From Acutalibacteraceae bacterium (lineage in GTDB: Bacteria; Bacillota; Clostridia; Oscillospirales; Acutalibacteraceae): 30,860 nucleotides of DNA. This document shows, in pieces, positions 17,223 through 26,170 of the stretch. A model generated the notes under the pieces. That model was not told the DNA's origin, did no database searches, and was given only the letters and a program-made list of their open reading frames with translations. The stretch lies in contig JAZRRV010000048.1 in the NCBI GenBank assembly GCA_045651085.1, positions 1-30,860 of the forward strand. The letters run 5' to 3'. Numbering within the stretch: position 1 is the first letter of the stretch; the number at the start of each line of letters is the position of its first letter. The translations under genes and the position numbers were made by a program.

Positions 17223-18035
17223 ATGAGCGAACTGTCGTTGCAAGTGTTGGTTGTTACCATGAACCAAGAAAAAGGGAATCACGCCTTACTCGAAAAAATG
17301 AATATCCAATCCGACGTGCTGGTTGGCAACCAATGTAGCAGATTTGAAAAAGAGCAGATTGGCTACAACGGGCACACGGTTGGTTGGTATTCTTGGGACG
17401 AGCGCGGTGTGGGGCTGAACAGAAATAATCTTTTAATGCGGGCGACGGCGGATATCGTTTTGTTCGCGGATGATGACGTCACTTACGTGGATGCGTATGA
17501 GGATTTGATTGTTGAGGAGTTTATAAAACACCCGGAAGCCGACGTTATTGCTTTTAACATTCCCAGCACGTGTCAAGACACCAAACAAAGGGACTACGTT
17601 GCGCCGCGATGGAGAAAGTTGAATTTGCTGAATTGTTTTCGGCACGGTACGTTCCGCATTGCCGTGCGGCGCGAAGCCGTGCTGAAAAAGAACATATTTT
17701 TTACCTTGTTGTTTGGCGGCGGTGCCAAGTATTCTGCGGGTGAGGATAGTTTGTTTATTGCGGACTGCATTCGAAAAAAATTGAAAGTTTATGAATCCGA
17801 CACCGTCATCGGCAGTGTTTCGCACGAGGAATCCACCTGGTTTAAGGGCTACACGGACAAGTATTTTCGAGATAAAGGCGCCTTTTACGCTTGCTTTTCC
17901 AAGTGTATTCCCTACTTGTGGTGCTTACAATTTGCGGTGCGTCGCCGCGCATTGTATCGGGAGTATATGCCGTTTAGTAAAGCGTGCCGTTTAATGAAAG
18001 AGGGCATTGTAGAATTTAAGAGCAGAGAAAAATAG
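17223..18035 (+). CDS. GT-A fold (GT2-like) glycosyltransferase; paralog of 12649..13410
   Basis: Motifs QVLVVTM, GNQC, ERGVGLNRNNLLMRA, LFADDD, FGGG and GEDSLF. Confidence 0.85.
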   Translation: MSELSLQVLVVTMNQEKGNHALLEKMNIQSDVLVGNQCSRFEKEQIGYNGHTVGWYSWDERGVGLNRNNLLMRATADIVLFADDDVTYVDAYEDLIVEEFIKHPEADVIAFNIPSTCQDTKQRDYVAPRWRKLNLLNCFRHGTFRIAVRREAVLKKNIFFTLLFGGGAKYSAGEDSLFIADCIRKKLKVYESDTVIGSVSHEESTWFKGYTDKYFRDKGAFYACFSKCIPYLWCLQFAVRRRALYREYMPFSKACRLMKEGIVEFKSREK

Positions 18036-18050
18036 TGTGAGGGCATTACA

Positions 18051-19103
18051 ATGGAAGCAAACCGAAAATTGTTAAGCATTATTATTCCGGTTCACAACGC
18101 TGAGCAATGGGTAACACAAACACTGGACAGCGTTTTAGCACAGACGTACCCGAATGTGGAAATAATTTGCATTGATGACGGCAGTACGGACGGGAGCTAT
18201 GCAACTCTTTGTTCTTATGCGGAGGAGAAAAAAGGGAACGACTTCCCAATACGCATCTATCAGCAACCGTGCAGCGGCGTGTCGGCAGCCCGCAATAAAG
18301 GTTTGCAACTTGTAAACGGCGAATATGTCGGCTTCATTGATGCGGATGATATTATGGAGCCGACAATGTATGAAAAGTTGATTGATATGTTGGAAAAGGC
18401 GGATTGTGATATTACCTTTTGCGGTTTTACACGATTTTTCCCAAAGGGAAATACTCTTCGTACGGTGGAACAAAGTTTTGCAAAACTGCGTCAAAACCCG
18501 GGAGATGTCAAGTACTTTTGGTATTCCACACCGGCTACACGTGAAAACGACGTGCTGTTCACCAAGGATATACACGGTTCTGTTTGCCGGTCGGTATTCA
18601 AAAAGCAGATTATAGATGACAATCGTATTGCTTTTGACGAAACAATGAAATTTGCCGAGGACCAAGTGTTTTTGGTCCAATATATGCAGTACGTTAAGAA
18701 ACTTCAATATACCGAGGAATCGTTACTTTGGTATCGAGGAAATACAAAACCCTGGGCATATCATAATTTGTATGAAAATGATATGAAATTGCTGGCACAC
18801 CAGTTGCGGTTGCTTGCGGGTAATACATATTACAGCGAGCGCGAGAAAAGGCAAGTTGCAGGGTATCTAAAATGCAGTACGTACTTTATGATTATCAACG
18901 AAGAGTTTATGTTCAAACCAAACGTTGCGTCCATAATGAAGCGATATAATCAAGATAAAGCATTTAAGCAATTATTAACGATATACAATTATCATCAAAA
19001 AAACAAGGTGAATCCCAACTGGAAGAAAACCGTGATGTTTGTATTGCTTAAATTGCATTTGTGGGAACCGGCAAGAATATTGTTCCCGAATAAGAGGTAT
19101 TAA
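18051..19103 (+). CDS. Glycosyltransferase family 2
   Basis: Motifs LSIIIPVHN, CIDDGSTD, GVSAARNKG, FIDADD and FAEDQVF. Confidence 0.9.
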   Translation: MEANRKLLSIIIPVHNAEQWVTQTLDSVLAQTYPNVEIICIDDGSTDGSYATLCSYAEEKKGNDFPIRIYQQPCSGVSAARNKGLQLVNGEYVGFIDADDIMEPTMYEKLIDMLEKADCDITFCGFTRFFPKGNTLRTVEQSFAKLRQNPGDVKYFWYSTPATRENDVLFTKDIHGSVCRSVFKKQIIDDNRIAFDETMKFAEDQVFLVQYMQYVKKLQYTEESLLWYRGNTKPWAYHNLYENDMKLLAHQLRLLAGNTYYSEREKRQVAGYLKCSTYFMIINEEFMFKPNVASIMKRYNQDKAFKQLLTIYNYHQKNKVNPNWKKTVMFVLLKLHLWEPARILFPNKRY

Positions 19104-19136
19104 TCTAAAATCCAGTAAAGAGGAAGATGGATAAAC

Positions 19137-20426
19137 GTGGTGCAGTATCCGAAAGTTTTGGTTATCAGCCATAATTGTTTTTCCGAAGAGGGGTCTAACG
19201 GTAGGACGTTGGCTAACTTTTTTCGCGGATATCCGGCGGACTGTTTGGCACAATTCTATATTTATAATGAAGAACCCTCGTCGGACGTTTGCAAAAATTA
19301 TTACCGAGTTACCGATAAAGAGGCAGTAAAATCGCTCGTTTCCTCAAATTGCGGAGCAACGGTTGGCGTAAAGGCCGCATCCGTCGGTTTCGGTGCAAGT
19401 GCTACGTCTTTTAAGAAACCAAAACGCACACCGCTGGTGTATTATGCCCGCGAATGGCTTTGGGATTGTGGGCGTTGGGACAATAAGCGGTTGAACAAAT
19501 GGATAGATGATTTTTCTCCGGATATGGTACTGTTTCAAGCGGGCGATGCCGCTTTTATGTATCGTTTTGCGCTGCGTGTGGCAAAGAAGCGCAACATACC
19601 GCTTATGATATACAACAGTGAAAGTTATTATTTCAAACAAACCAATTATCTTGCCAAGTCATGGGCATCTGACTTTTTCTATGGCATTTTGCATCGCCGT
19701 TTTTGTAAATATGCTAAAAGGACCATTGCGTATGCCGGCCACTCGGTTTATATTACCGAGGCCCTTAAAGCGTTGTATGATAAGGAATTTGCACGCCCCA
19801 GCAGTACCATTATGACATCCTCCGCTTTGGTCGGCGCGATTGACGATGTGTCGAAAGCGGAACATAAAATTTCCTACTTGGGGAACCTTGGTGTGGGGCG
19901 ATATGAGAGTTTGATTGAGTTGGCGGGCATTCTTCGTTCAATCCATTCGGAGTTGACGATAGATGTATACGGAAACGCAGCACATGACGTGGTTGAACGG
20001 CTGAACAACACCGAGGGTATTCGTTATTGCGGGTTCGTTCCGTATGAACAATGCGTGCGTGTAATGCGTGAAAGCGAAATGCTGGTGCACGTGGAAAATT
20101 TTTCGCCGTTTTATCTGGAGGATTCTAAATACGCGTTTTCAACTAAAATTCCCGATTCTCTTGCTTGCGGCACCTGCCTTTTTGTCTATGCACCGTACGA
20201 ACTGTTTTGTACGCAATACTTAAAAGAGACGGGCGCGGCTTGCGTGGCAACCAACCGAGACGAGCTTCGGCAAGTTGTGCACGCCTTGGTAGAGGATAGC
20301 ACCCTGCGCGAACACTATGCCGCGCAAGGGCGAGAAATTGCGGCGCTTAACCATAACATTGAGAAAAATCGGGAAACATTTCAAGCAACGATTAAAGAGG
20401 TAGCCAATGAGGGTATTACAAATTAA
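19137..20426 (+). CDS. GT-B fold (GT4-like) glycosyltransferase
   Basis: N-terminal VLVIS..F...GSNGRTL; C-terminal YLGNL..GR and STKIPDSL..G motifs. GTG start after SD GAGG; start position uncertain. Confidence 0.7.
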   Translation: MVQYPKVLVISHNCFSEEGSNGRTLANFFRGYPADCLAQFYIYNEEPSSDVCKNYYRVTDKEAVKSLVSSNCGATVGVKAASVGFGASATSFKKPKRTPLVYYAREWLWDCGRWDNKRLNKWIDDFSPDMVLFQAGDAAFMYRFALRVAKKRNIPLMIYNSESYYFKQTNYLAKSWASDFFYGILHRRFCKYAKRTIAYAGHSVYITEALKALYDKEFARPSSTIMTSSALVGAIDDVSKAEHKISYLGNLGVGRYESLIELAGILRSIHSELTIDVYGNAAHDVVERLNNTEGIRYCGFVPYEQCVRVMRESEMLVHVENFSPFYLEDSKYAFSTKIPDSLACGTCLFVYAPYELFCTQYLKETGAACVATNRDELRQVVHALVEDSTLREHYAAQGREIAALNHNIEKNRETFQATIKEVANEGITN

Positions 20427-21618
20427 CTGTGTTTATAAACGCGGAAGTACCGGTAAAATTGTATACGATTTGCACAGTTGCTACCGCAGCCGTGGAATGG
20501 AAAGTTACGTTTGTTACGGGCGGGGAACCCCCGCCTCGGAAGACGGTGTATATAAAACGGCTTCGGAACTACTGTCCAAGGGGAATAATTTGGCATCTCG
20601 TTTTACGGGAATTCCCTATGGTGGTGCGTTTATCGGCACACGCAAATTGATTGCTAAAATCAAACAGATAGCCCCTGACGTTGTCCATTTGCATTGTATT
20701 AACGGTTATTTTGTCAATATTTACACGTTACTGAACTATCTGAAAAAGAAAAACATTCCCACGGTGTTAACGCTGCACGCAGAGTTTATGCATACCGGCA
20801 GTTGTGCGTATGCTCTGGAGTGTGAAAAGTGGAAAACAAGCCGTGGCTGTGAACGTTGTTTTCAGTTAAGGGAAGCTACCGGTTCGTACCTTTTTGACCG
20901 TACGAACACGGCGTGGAAAAAAATGTACGCGGCTTTTTGCGGTTTTGACAACCTCCGTGTGGTTTCGGTTTCTCCTTGGTTACAACAACGGGCGAAAGAA
21001 TCCTATATTCTTAAAGACAAAACCAATCTTTGCGTTTTGAACGGGATAGACACCACGGTCTTCCGCTACACGGAGGATGCGTTAGCGTTACGAGAAAAGC
21101 TTGGCTTGAAAGATAATAAGGTGGTTTTATACGTAACGGCCGCGTTCAGTGCGTTTAAGGGTGCTGACTATGTGATGAATCTGGCACAACAAATGCCGGA
21201 AGTGACATTTGTGGTTGTGGGTAATCACGAGCCGATTCCCGATTGCCCAAGCAACTTGCTTGCTGTGGGCAGAACGGAAAATCAAAAAGAGCTGGCTTGC
21301 TATTATTCTATGGCGGATGTTACGGTGCTTGTCAGTAAAAAAGAGACCTTTTCAATGGTTTGCGCCGAATCCCTTTGTTGCGGAACACCGGTTGTGGGAT
21401 TTATGGCGGGAGGGCCGGAATCCATTTCCGTTCCGGAGTATTCTATGTTTAGTCCTTACGGGGACGTCCAGCAATTAAAAACAAATTTGGAAAATATGCT
21501 GAATAGTATTTCTGTTACTACAAAACAGGAAATATCGGCAATATCCAAACCGGTATACGCCAAAGAAACTATGTGCAACCAATACATAGGCATTTACGAG
21601 GAGATTTTGAATGATTAA
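20407..21618 (+). CDS. Glycosyltransferase family 4 (WcaC-like)
   Basis: Motifs MRVLQINCV...GSTGKI, DVVHLH, VLTLH, NGID and ETFSMVCAESLCCGTPVV. Confidence 0.85.
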   Translation: MRVLQINCVYKRGSTGKIVYDLHSCYRSRGMESYVCYGRGTPASEDGVYKTASELLSKGNNLASRFTGIPYGGAFIGTRKLIAKIKQIAPDVVHLHCINGYFVNIYTLLNYLKKKNIPTVLTLHAEFMHTGSCAYALECEKWKTSRGCERCFQLREATGSYLFDRTNTAWKKMYAAFCGFDNLRVVSVSPWLQQRAKESYILKDKTNLCVLNGIDTTVFRYTEDALALREKLGLKDNKVVLYVTAAFSAFKGADYVMNLAQQMPEVTFVVVGNHEPIPDCPSNLLAVGRTENQKELACYYSMADVTVLVSKKETFSMVCAESLCCGTPVVGFMAGGPESISVPEYSMFSPYGDVQQLKTNLENMLNSISVTTKQEISAISKPVYAKETMCNQYIGIYEEILND

Positions 21619-22834
21619 GCGAGCGGAGGAAAAGGCGATCATCGGCAAGGTGTATTTTTACTATCTTGCCCTTGTTCTTTTGCCGCAAATTATTGGTTTT
21701 AGTGCCAAAGGAACGTTTATTGATACGGCTTGGAAGGCGGCCGTGATTATCGGTATGTTGTATCAGGCGTTTAAGCAATCGGACGGCAAAATACGCCGGT
21801 ACGTCGTTATTCCTATGGTTCTATATGCTTTTGGGCAAATGATGGTGCGGTTGGTATATGGTAACGGTGGTTTAATAGTTAACGTTTTTGTTATTTTGGC
21901 AATGATATACCTGTTTGTATCCGTCTCTACGAGACGCCCTGACGAGTGCTTTGACGACATCGATTTCTTTTGCAATGCATTCATTTACCTAACGTTATAT
22001 GCCGTGGTGTACAACTTGTTTGTTTATCCAACCGCTGTATTCAATTTCCTTTCGGTCGCAAACCCTTATTCCGATATGATGTCGAGTTTTTTTGATAACA
22101 AGCAAACGTTTGGTATGTTTTTGTTTGTAGCACTCATTGCTGCTACGTGGCAGTATTTGCTGACAAAAAAGAGAAAGTATTTGGTGTTTACCTTTATTTT
22201 CCTCTTAAATATGTTTATCTGCCTTTCGCGCACTGCCCTGGTGGCGTGCAGTGTTTATATTGTTGCCGTTTGTGTTTTAATGGTGTTTACAGACCGCTCT
22301 TTATCTCGGTTTTTTATTACCGTTCTTGTTATCGGCGTAGTGCTGGTGTGCCTCGTTCCGCAGTTGCGCCACTTTGTGCAGAACGTGTTGTTTGACACGG
22401 AAGACACGATGAATGCGCGTACCAATATATGGGAAAGTGCTTTTAAGGCCCTGCAAGGCAATCGGTTGTGGATTGGTTATGGGGAAGGGAAAGCTGCATT
22501 AGCACTAAAACCGGTGCTGGGATATGGTGCCAACACCCACAACGGCATCGTTCAAGTTTTGATGACGGGCGGTGTGTTGAAACTTTCGTTGTATGCGTTA
22601 GTGCTCTTCTATGCCATATATTGTTCACTGGCGTTTAGAAAGTACAACAAAACGTTGGCGTTTTTATGTTTGGCAACCATCGTCAGCGTGTTTATCTATT
22701 CTATGGGAGAAGCATTGGTTTGGCTGGATACGTCGGCACCGTGCATTGTTGCGTCCATTTTATGTATTGCTTTTCCCATACGGATTAAAGCATATTACGC
22801 CCATAAATACCGGTTGATAGTTCCGGGGCAGTAA
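21611..22834 (+). CDS. wzy: Wzy polymerase / O-antigen-ligase family protein (right operon)
   Basis: 407 aa with about 10-12 hydrophobic segments. Motifs SFFDNKQTFG, SRTALV, R..IW and WIGYG...HNG (Wzy_C-like). Confidence 0.8.
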   Translation: MIKRAEEKAIIGKVYFYYLALVLLPQIIGFSAKGTFIDTAWKAAVIIGMLYQAFKQSDGKIRRYVVIPMVLYAFGQMMVRLVYGNGGLIVNVFVILAMIYLFVSVSTRRPDECFDDIDFFCNAFIYLTLYAVVYNLFVYPTAVFNFLSVANPYSDMMSSFFDNKQTFGMFLFVALIAATWQYLLTKKRKYLVFTFIFLLNMFICLSRTALVACSVYIVAVCVLMVFTDRSLSRFFITVLVIGVVLVCLVPQLRHFVQNVLFDTEDTMNARTNIWESAFKALQGNRLWIGYGEGKAALALKPVLGYGANTHNGIVQVLMTGGVLKLSLYALVLFYAIYCSLAFRKYNKTLAFLCLATIVSVFIYSMGEALVWLDTSAPCIVASILCIAFPIRIKAYYAHKYRLIVPGQ

Positions 22835-22896
22835 GTATACTGCGGCGTGTGAAGTGGTAGCAGGAAGAACGACAAAATGCGGAAAGTGGTTTTGTA

Positions 22897-23883
22897 ATGG
22901 AGAAAATAGATTTTGTAGTGACGTGGGTGGATGGCAGCGACCCTGAGTGGCAAAAAGAATATCAAAAACACCTTGGCGATAAGCAAATAAATTTTGCCCA
23001 TTACCGGGATTACGGCACGCTAAGGTATTGGTTTCGCGCCGTTGAGAATTATGCGCCGTGGGTCAACCAAATCCATTTCGTTACGTGTGGTCAAATCCCT
23101 GAATGGTTAAACAGTGACCACCCAAAGATTCGTTGCGTTTCTCATTCGGACTATATGCCCGCGGACTATCTGCCTACTTTCAGCGCCAATCCCATTGAAT
23201 TGAATTTTCACAGAATTGAAGGTTTGGCGGAGCAGTTTGTCTATTTTAACGACGATACGTTTCTAACCGCACCGGTTACTCCGGAGGATTTTTTCAAAAA
23301 CGGGTTGCCGTGCGATGCGGCATTGCTTTCTTCGCTGATTCCCAGTGCGAAAAACGAGGTTATCACCTATATTTTGTTTAACGATTTGTTGCTGATAAAC
23401 AGTCATTTCTCCAAAAAGAGTGCTTTGCGCGGGAATATGAAAAAATGGTTAAGCCCGAAATACGGAAAAGCCGTGTTGCGTAATTTATACTATTTGCCGC
23501 TTGGAAAATTCAGCGGGTTTGTAAACCCCCATTTGCCCAACTCTTTCCTTAAATCCACGTTTGAGGAAGTTTGGCAAGCAGAGGGGGAGTATTTGGATGG
23601 CGTGAGCCGCAATAAGTTCCGCACAAAAGAAGACGTGAACCAATACTTGATGCGCTATTGGCAACTCGCCAAAGGACAATTTACTCCCAGAACGGCAGGG
23701 GTTGGTTGTTGCACCGTGTTGGGAGAGGACGATGAGAAGTTAAAACACGACTTACTGGGTAAGAATTACAAAATGATGTGCATTAACGACGACCCAAACC
23801 GCAGCGAGCCAATAACTGGTTTTGAAACGCTTGCCGCTGTGTTGGAATCGGTATTTCCTGCCAAAAGTTCGTTTGAAAAATAG
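22897..23883 (+). CDS. Stealth-family hexose-1-phosphate transferase
   Basis: CR1 IDFVVTWVDGSDPEW; CR2 RD.GTLRYWFRAVE.YAPWVN.IHFVT.GQ.PEWLN, LPTFS..PIE and FVYFNDD; CR3 PH.P...LKS and FRT..D; CR4 CIND. Confidence 0.92.
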   Translation: MEKIDFVVTWVDGSDPEWQKEYQKHLGDKQINFAHYRDYGTLRYWFRAVENYAPWVNQIHFVTCGQIPEWLNSDHPKIRCVSHSDYMPADYLPTFSANPIELNFHRIEGLAEQFVYFNDDTFLTAPVTPEDFFKNGLPCDAALLSSLIPSAKNEVITYILFNDLLLINSHFSKKSALRGNMKKWLSPKYGKAVLRNLYYLPLGKFSGFVNPHLPNSFLKSTFEEVWQAEGEYLDGVSRNKFRTKEDVNQYLMRYWQLAKGQFTPRTAGVGCCTVLGEDDEKLKHDLLGKNYKMMCINDDPNRSEPITGFETLAAVLESVFPAKSSFEK

Positions 23884-23926
23884 CGGGGAAAATACAGATA
23901 TTTGCTTGTGAAAGTGAGTATAAACA

Positions 23927-24976
23927 ATGAATGAGAACGTCAAGGTAAGTGTTATCATACCCGTATACAACGCCGAAAAATGGTTGGAACGGTGCGTAAC
24001 ATCCGTTACCAACCAAACGCTAAAGGAAATTGAAATTATACTGGTGGATGATGGCTCGACCGATAACAGTTTGGCTGTGTGTGAGGAATTTGCCTCAAAG
24101 GATAGCCGCATATCCGTTATCCACTGCGAAAATAACGGTCCCGCAACGGCGCGAAACATCGGCATGGAAAAAGCCACGGGGGAGTACATCACTTTTGTGG
24201 ACGCCGACGATGAAGTGAAGCCGGATATGTATAAATCGATGTATAACCTAGTATCCCAAAACGGCGAATTGGCGGATGTTGTGATGTGTAACCTACTTTA
24301 CACGTCGCAAGCCGGTGGTGGATATGTCGTAAACCTTAAACTTGAACCGGTATACGAGGGGAATCCGGTTATTAGAAAGCAGATTTTGAGTCGTTATTAT
24401 GGCCGTGATTTTCAAGGATTATACTATGCGTGCAGCAAACTGTACAACCACGCTTTTTTGAAAAAACACTCCCTGTTTTTTGATGAACAACGAGTAAAAG
24501 CGGAGGACCGTTTCTTTAACTTCTACGTTTTGAAGCACGCTAACCTCGTTAGGTCAACCAACGAGGCGTACTATATTTATTATCAGGATAACCCGAACAG
24601 CATTGTACACTCGTATCGAGAAAATCAATATGATGAATGGAAAAGGGATTACCTCGAACTTATTGAGCAGTGTTCGGAACTCGGTCTTACAATAGACTAT
24701 TGTGAGTTTTGGTCCACACTTTTGTATCCTGCGCATATGTACATCATTCGCACAATACAGCAAATCCCGCATTGCAAGGAAAAGGTTATGCGCATTGTAC
24801 ACGACAAGGTGTTCTGCGAGGCCTTGGCGCATGAGAGCGAGTGGATTCCTACAAGTCTGAAGATATCCGGTTATTTGCTGAGGAAAAAGCACTATCAATT
24901 GGCGTGGATGTATTATGTTTTTCTTAGCAAAGCGATGAGCACATATGCCAAGATTCGCCATCCGGCGAAAAAGTGA
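23927..24976 (+). CDS. Glycosyltransferase family 2 (tandem copy A)
   Basis: Motifs VSVIIPVYN, LVDDGSTD, ARNIG, FVDADD and AEDRFFN. Confidence 0.9.
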   Translation: MNENVKVSVIIPVYNAEKWLERCVTSVTNQTLKEIEIILVDDGSTDNSLAVCEEFASKDSRISVIHCENNGPATARNIGMEKATGEYITFVDADDEVKPDMYKSMYNLVSQNGELADVVMCNLLYTSQAGGGYVVNLKLEPVYEGNPVIRKQILSRYYGRDFQGLYYACSKLYNHAFLKKHSLFFDEQRVKAEDRFFNFYVLKHANLVRSTNEAYYIYYQDNPNSIVHSYRENQYDEWKRDYLELIEQCSELGLTIDYCEFWSTLLYPAHMYIIRTIQQIPHCKEKVMRIVHDKVFCEALAHESEWIPTSLKISGYLLRKKHYQLAWMYYVFLSKAMSTYAKIRHPAKK

Positions 24977-25091
24977 TTTTCAAAAACAGATGAATAATTC
25001 ACAGGAGCGCTTGGGCTACCTCTTACACCAAGAGCTCGTTTGAAAAAACGGCAAAAGCGTAGACCTTTACTTGTGAAGGAGAGTATAAACA

Positions 25092-26141
25092 ATGGACGAG
25101 AACGTCAAGGTAAGTGTTATTATACCTGTATATAATGCGGAAAAATGGTTGGAACGGTGCGCAACATCCGTTACCAACCAAACGCTGAAGGAAATTGAAA
25201 TCATACTGGTGGATGATGGGTCAACCGATAACAGTTTGGCTGTGTGTCAAGAAATTGCCACAAAGGATAGCCGAATATCCGTTATCCACTGCGAAAACAA
25301 CGGTCCTTCTACGGCGCGAAATATCGGGATGGGAAAAGCCACAGGGGAGTATATTGCTTTTGTGGATGCCGATGACGAAGTGAAGCCGGATATGTATGAA
25401 AACATGTACCGAATTGCCATCCAAGACGATGCTATGGCAGATGTGGTTTGTTGTAATATCCTTATCCAATCTAAAAATGCACATACGCGTATTAATGATA
25501 TAAACCTTGCATCGGAATATTGCGGAAATGCGAATATAATTCAGGAGATATTAAAACGTTTTTACGGCGGAAATACGAATGGCTTATACGGACCATGCAA
25601 CAAGTTGTATAACCGTAGCTTTTTGAGCAAGCACTCCATAATTTTTGACAAAGAACGAGCAAAGGCCGAGGATCAGTTTTTTAATTTTTACGTTTTGAAA
25701 CACGCCGACCTCGTCCGGTCAACCAGCGAGGCATACTACATTTATCACCAGGATAACCCGAATAGCATTATACACTCACACCGACAAAACCAGTATTTTG
25801 AATGGAAAAGGGATTATCTCGAACTTATTGAGCAATGTTCGGAACTGGGTCTAACAATAGATTATTTTGAATTTTGGGTTCCATTTTTATATTCCACGCA
25901 TATGCACATTATTCGTACCATATGGCAAATTCCGCATTGTAAAGAAAAGGTGATGCGCATTGTGCGTGACGAGGTATTCCACCATGCCTTGGCGTATGAG
26001 AATGAGAAGATTCCCGTTAGTTTTAAGATATCCGGTTATTTGCTCAAAGGGGAACACTACCAGCTGGCTTGGATATATTACGTTTTGTTGAGCAAGACGA
26101 TGACTTTGTATACCAAGATTCGCCGTATGGGGAAAAAGTAA
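25092..26141 (+). CDS. Glycosyltransferase family 2 (tandem copy B)
   Basis: Same motifs as copy A, with AEDQFFN. Intact ORF of the same length. Confidence 0.9.
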   Translation: MDENVKVSVIIPVYNAEKWLERCATSVTNQTLKEIEIILVDDGSTDNSLAVCQEIATKDSRISVIHCENNGPSTARNIGMGKATGEYIAFVDADDEVKPDMYENMYRIAIQDDAMADVVCCNILIQSKNAHTRINDINLASEYCGNANIIQEILKRFYGGNTNGLYGPCNKLYNRSFLSKHSIIFDKERAKAEDQFFNFYVLKHADLVRSTSEAYYIYHQDNPNSIIHSHRQNQYFEWKRDYLELIEQCSELGLTIDYFEFWVPFLYSTHMHIIRTIWQIPHCKEKVMRIVRDEVFHHALAYENEKIPVSFKISGYLLKGEHYQLAWIYYVLLSKTMTLYTKIRRMGKK

Positions 26142-26170
26142 TTTTCAAAAACAGATTGAGGGTTCACTGT

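Larger units (their letters stand above)
23861..26167 (+). repeat. Tandem direct duplication of about 1.14 kb (unit 1 about 23861-25002, unit 2 about 25028-26167), each containing a GT2 gene and its flanks
   Basis: Shared 5' flank CCAA(A/G)AG(T/C)TCGTTTGAAAAA...CTTGTGAA.G.GAGTATAAACAATG. Shared 3' flank AAAAAGT(G/A)ATTTTCAAAAACAGAT.....TTCAC. Both ORFs are 349 aa and collinear. Confidence 0.92.

Noticed and set aside
22814-22841. Possible internal promoter TTGATA-16-TATACT before the Stealth gene
   Set aside because: Suboptimal spacing, no extended -10, and the -35 lies inside wzy coding sequence; cannot be told apart from chance.
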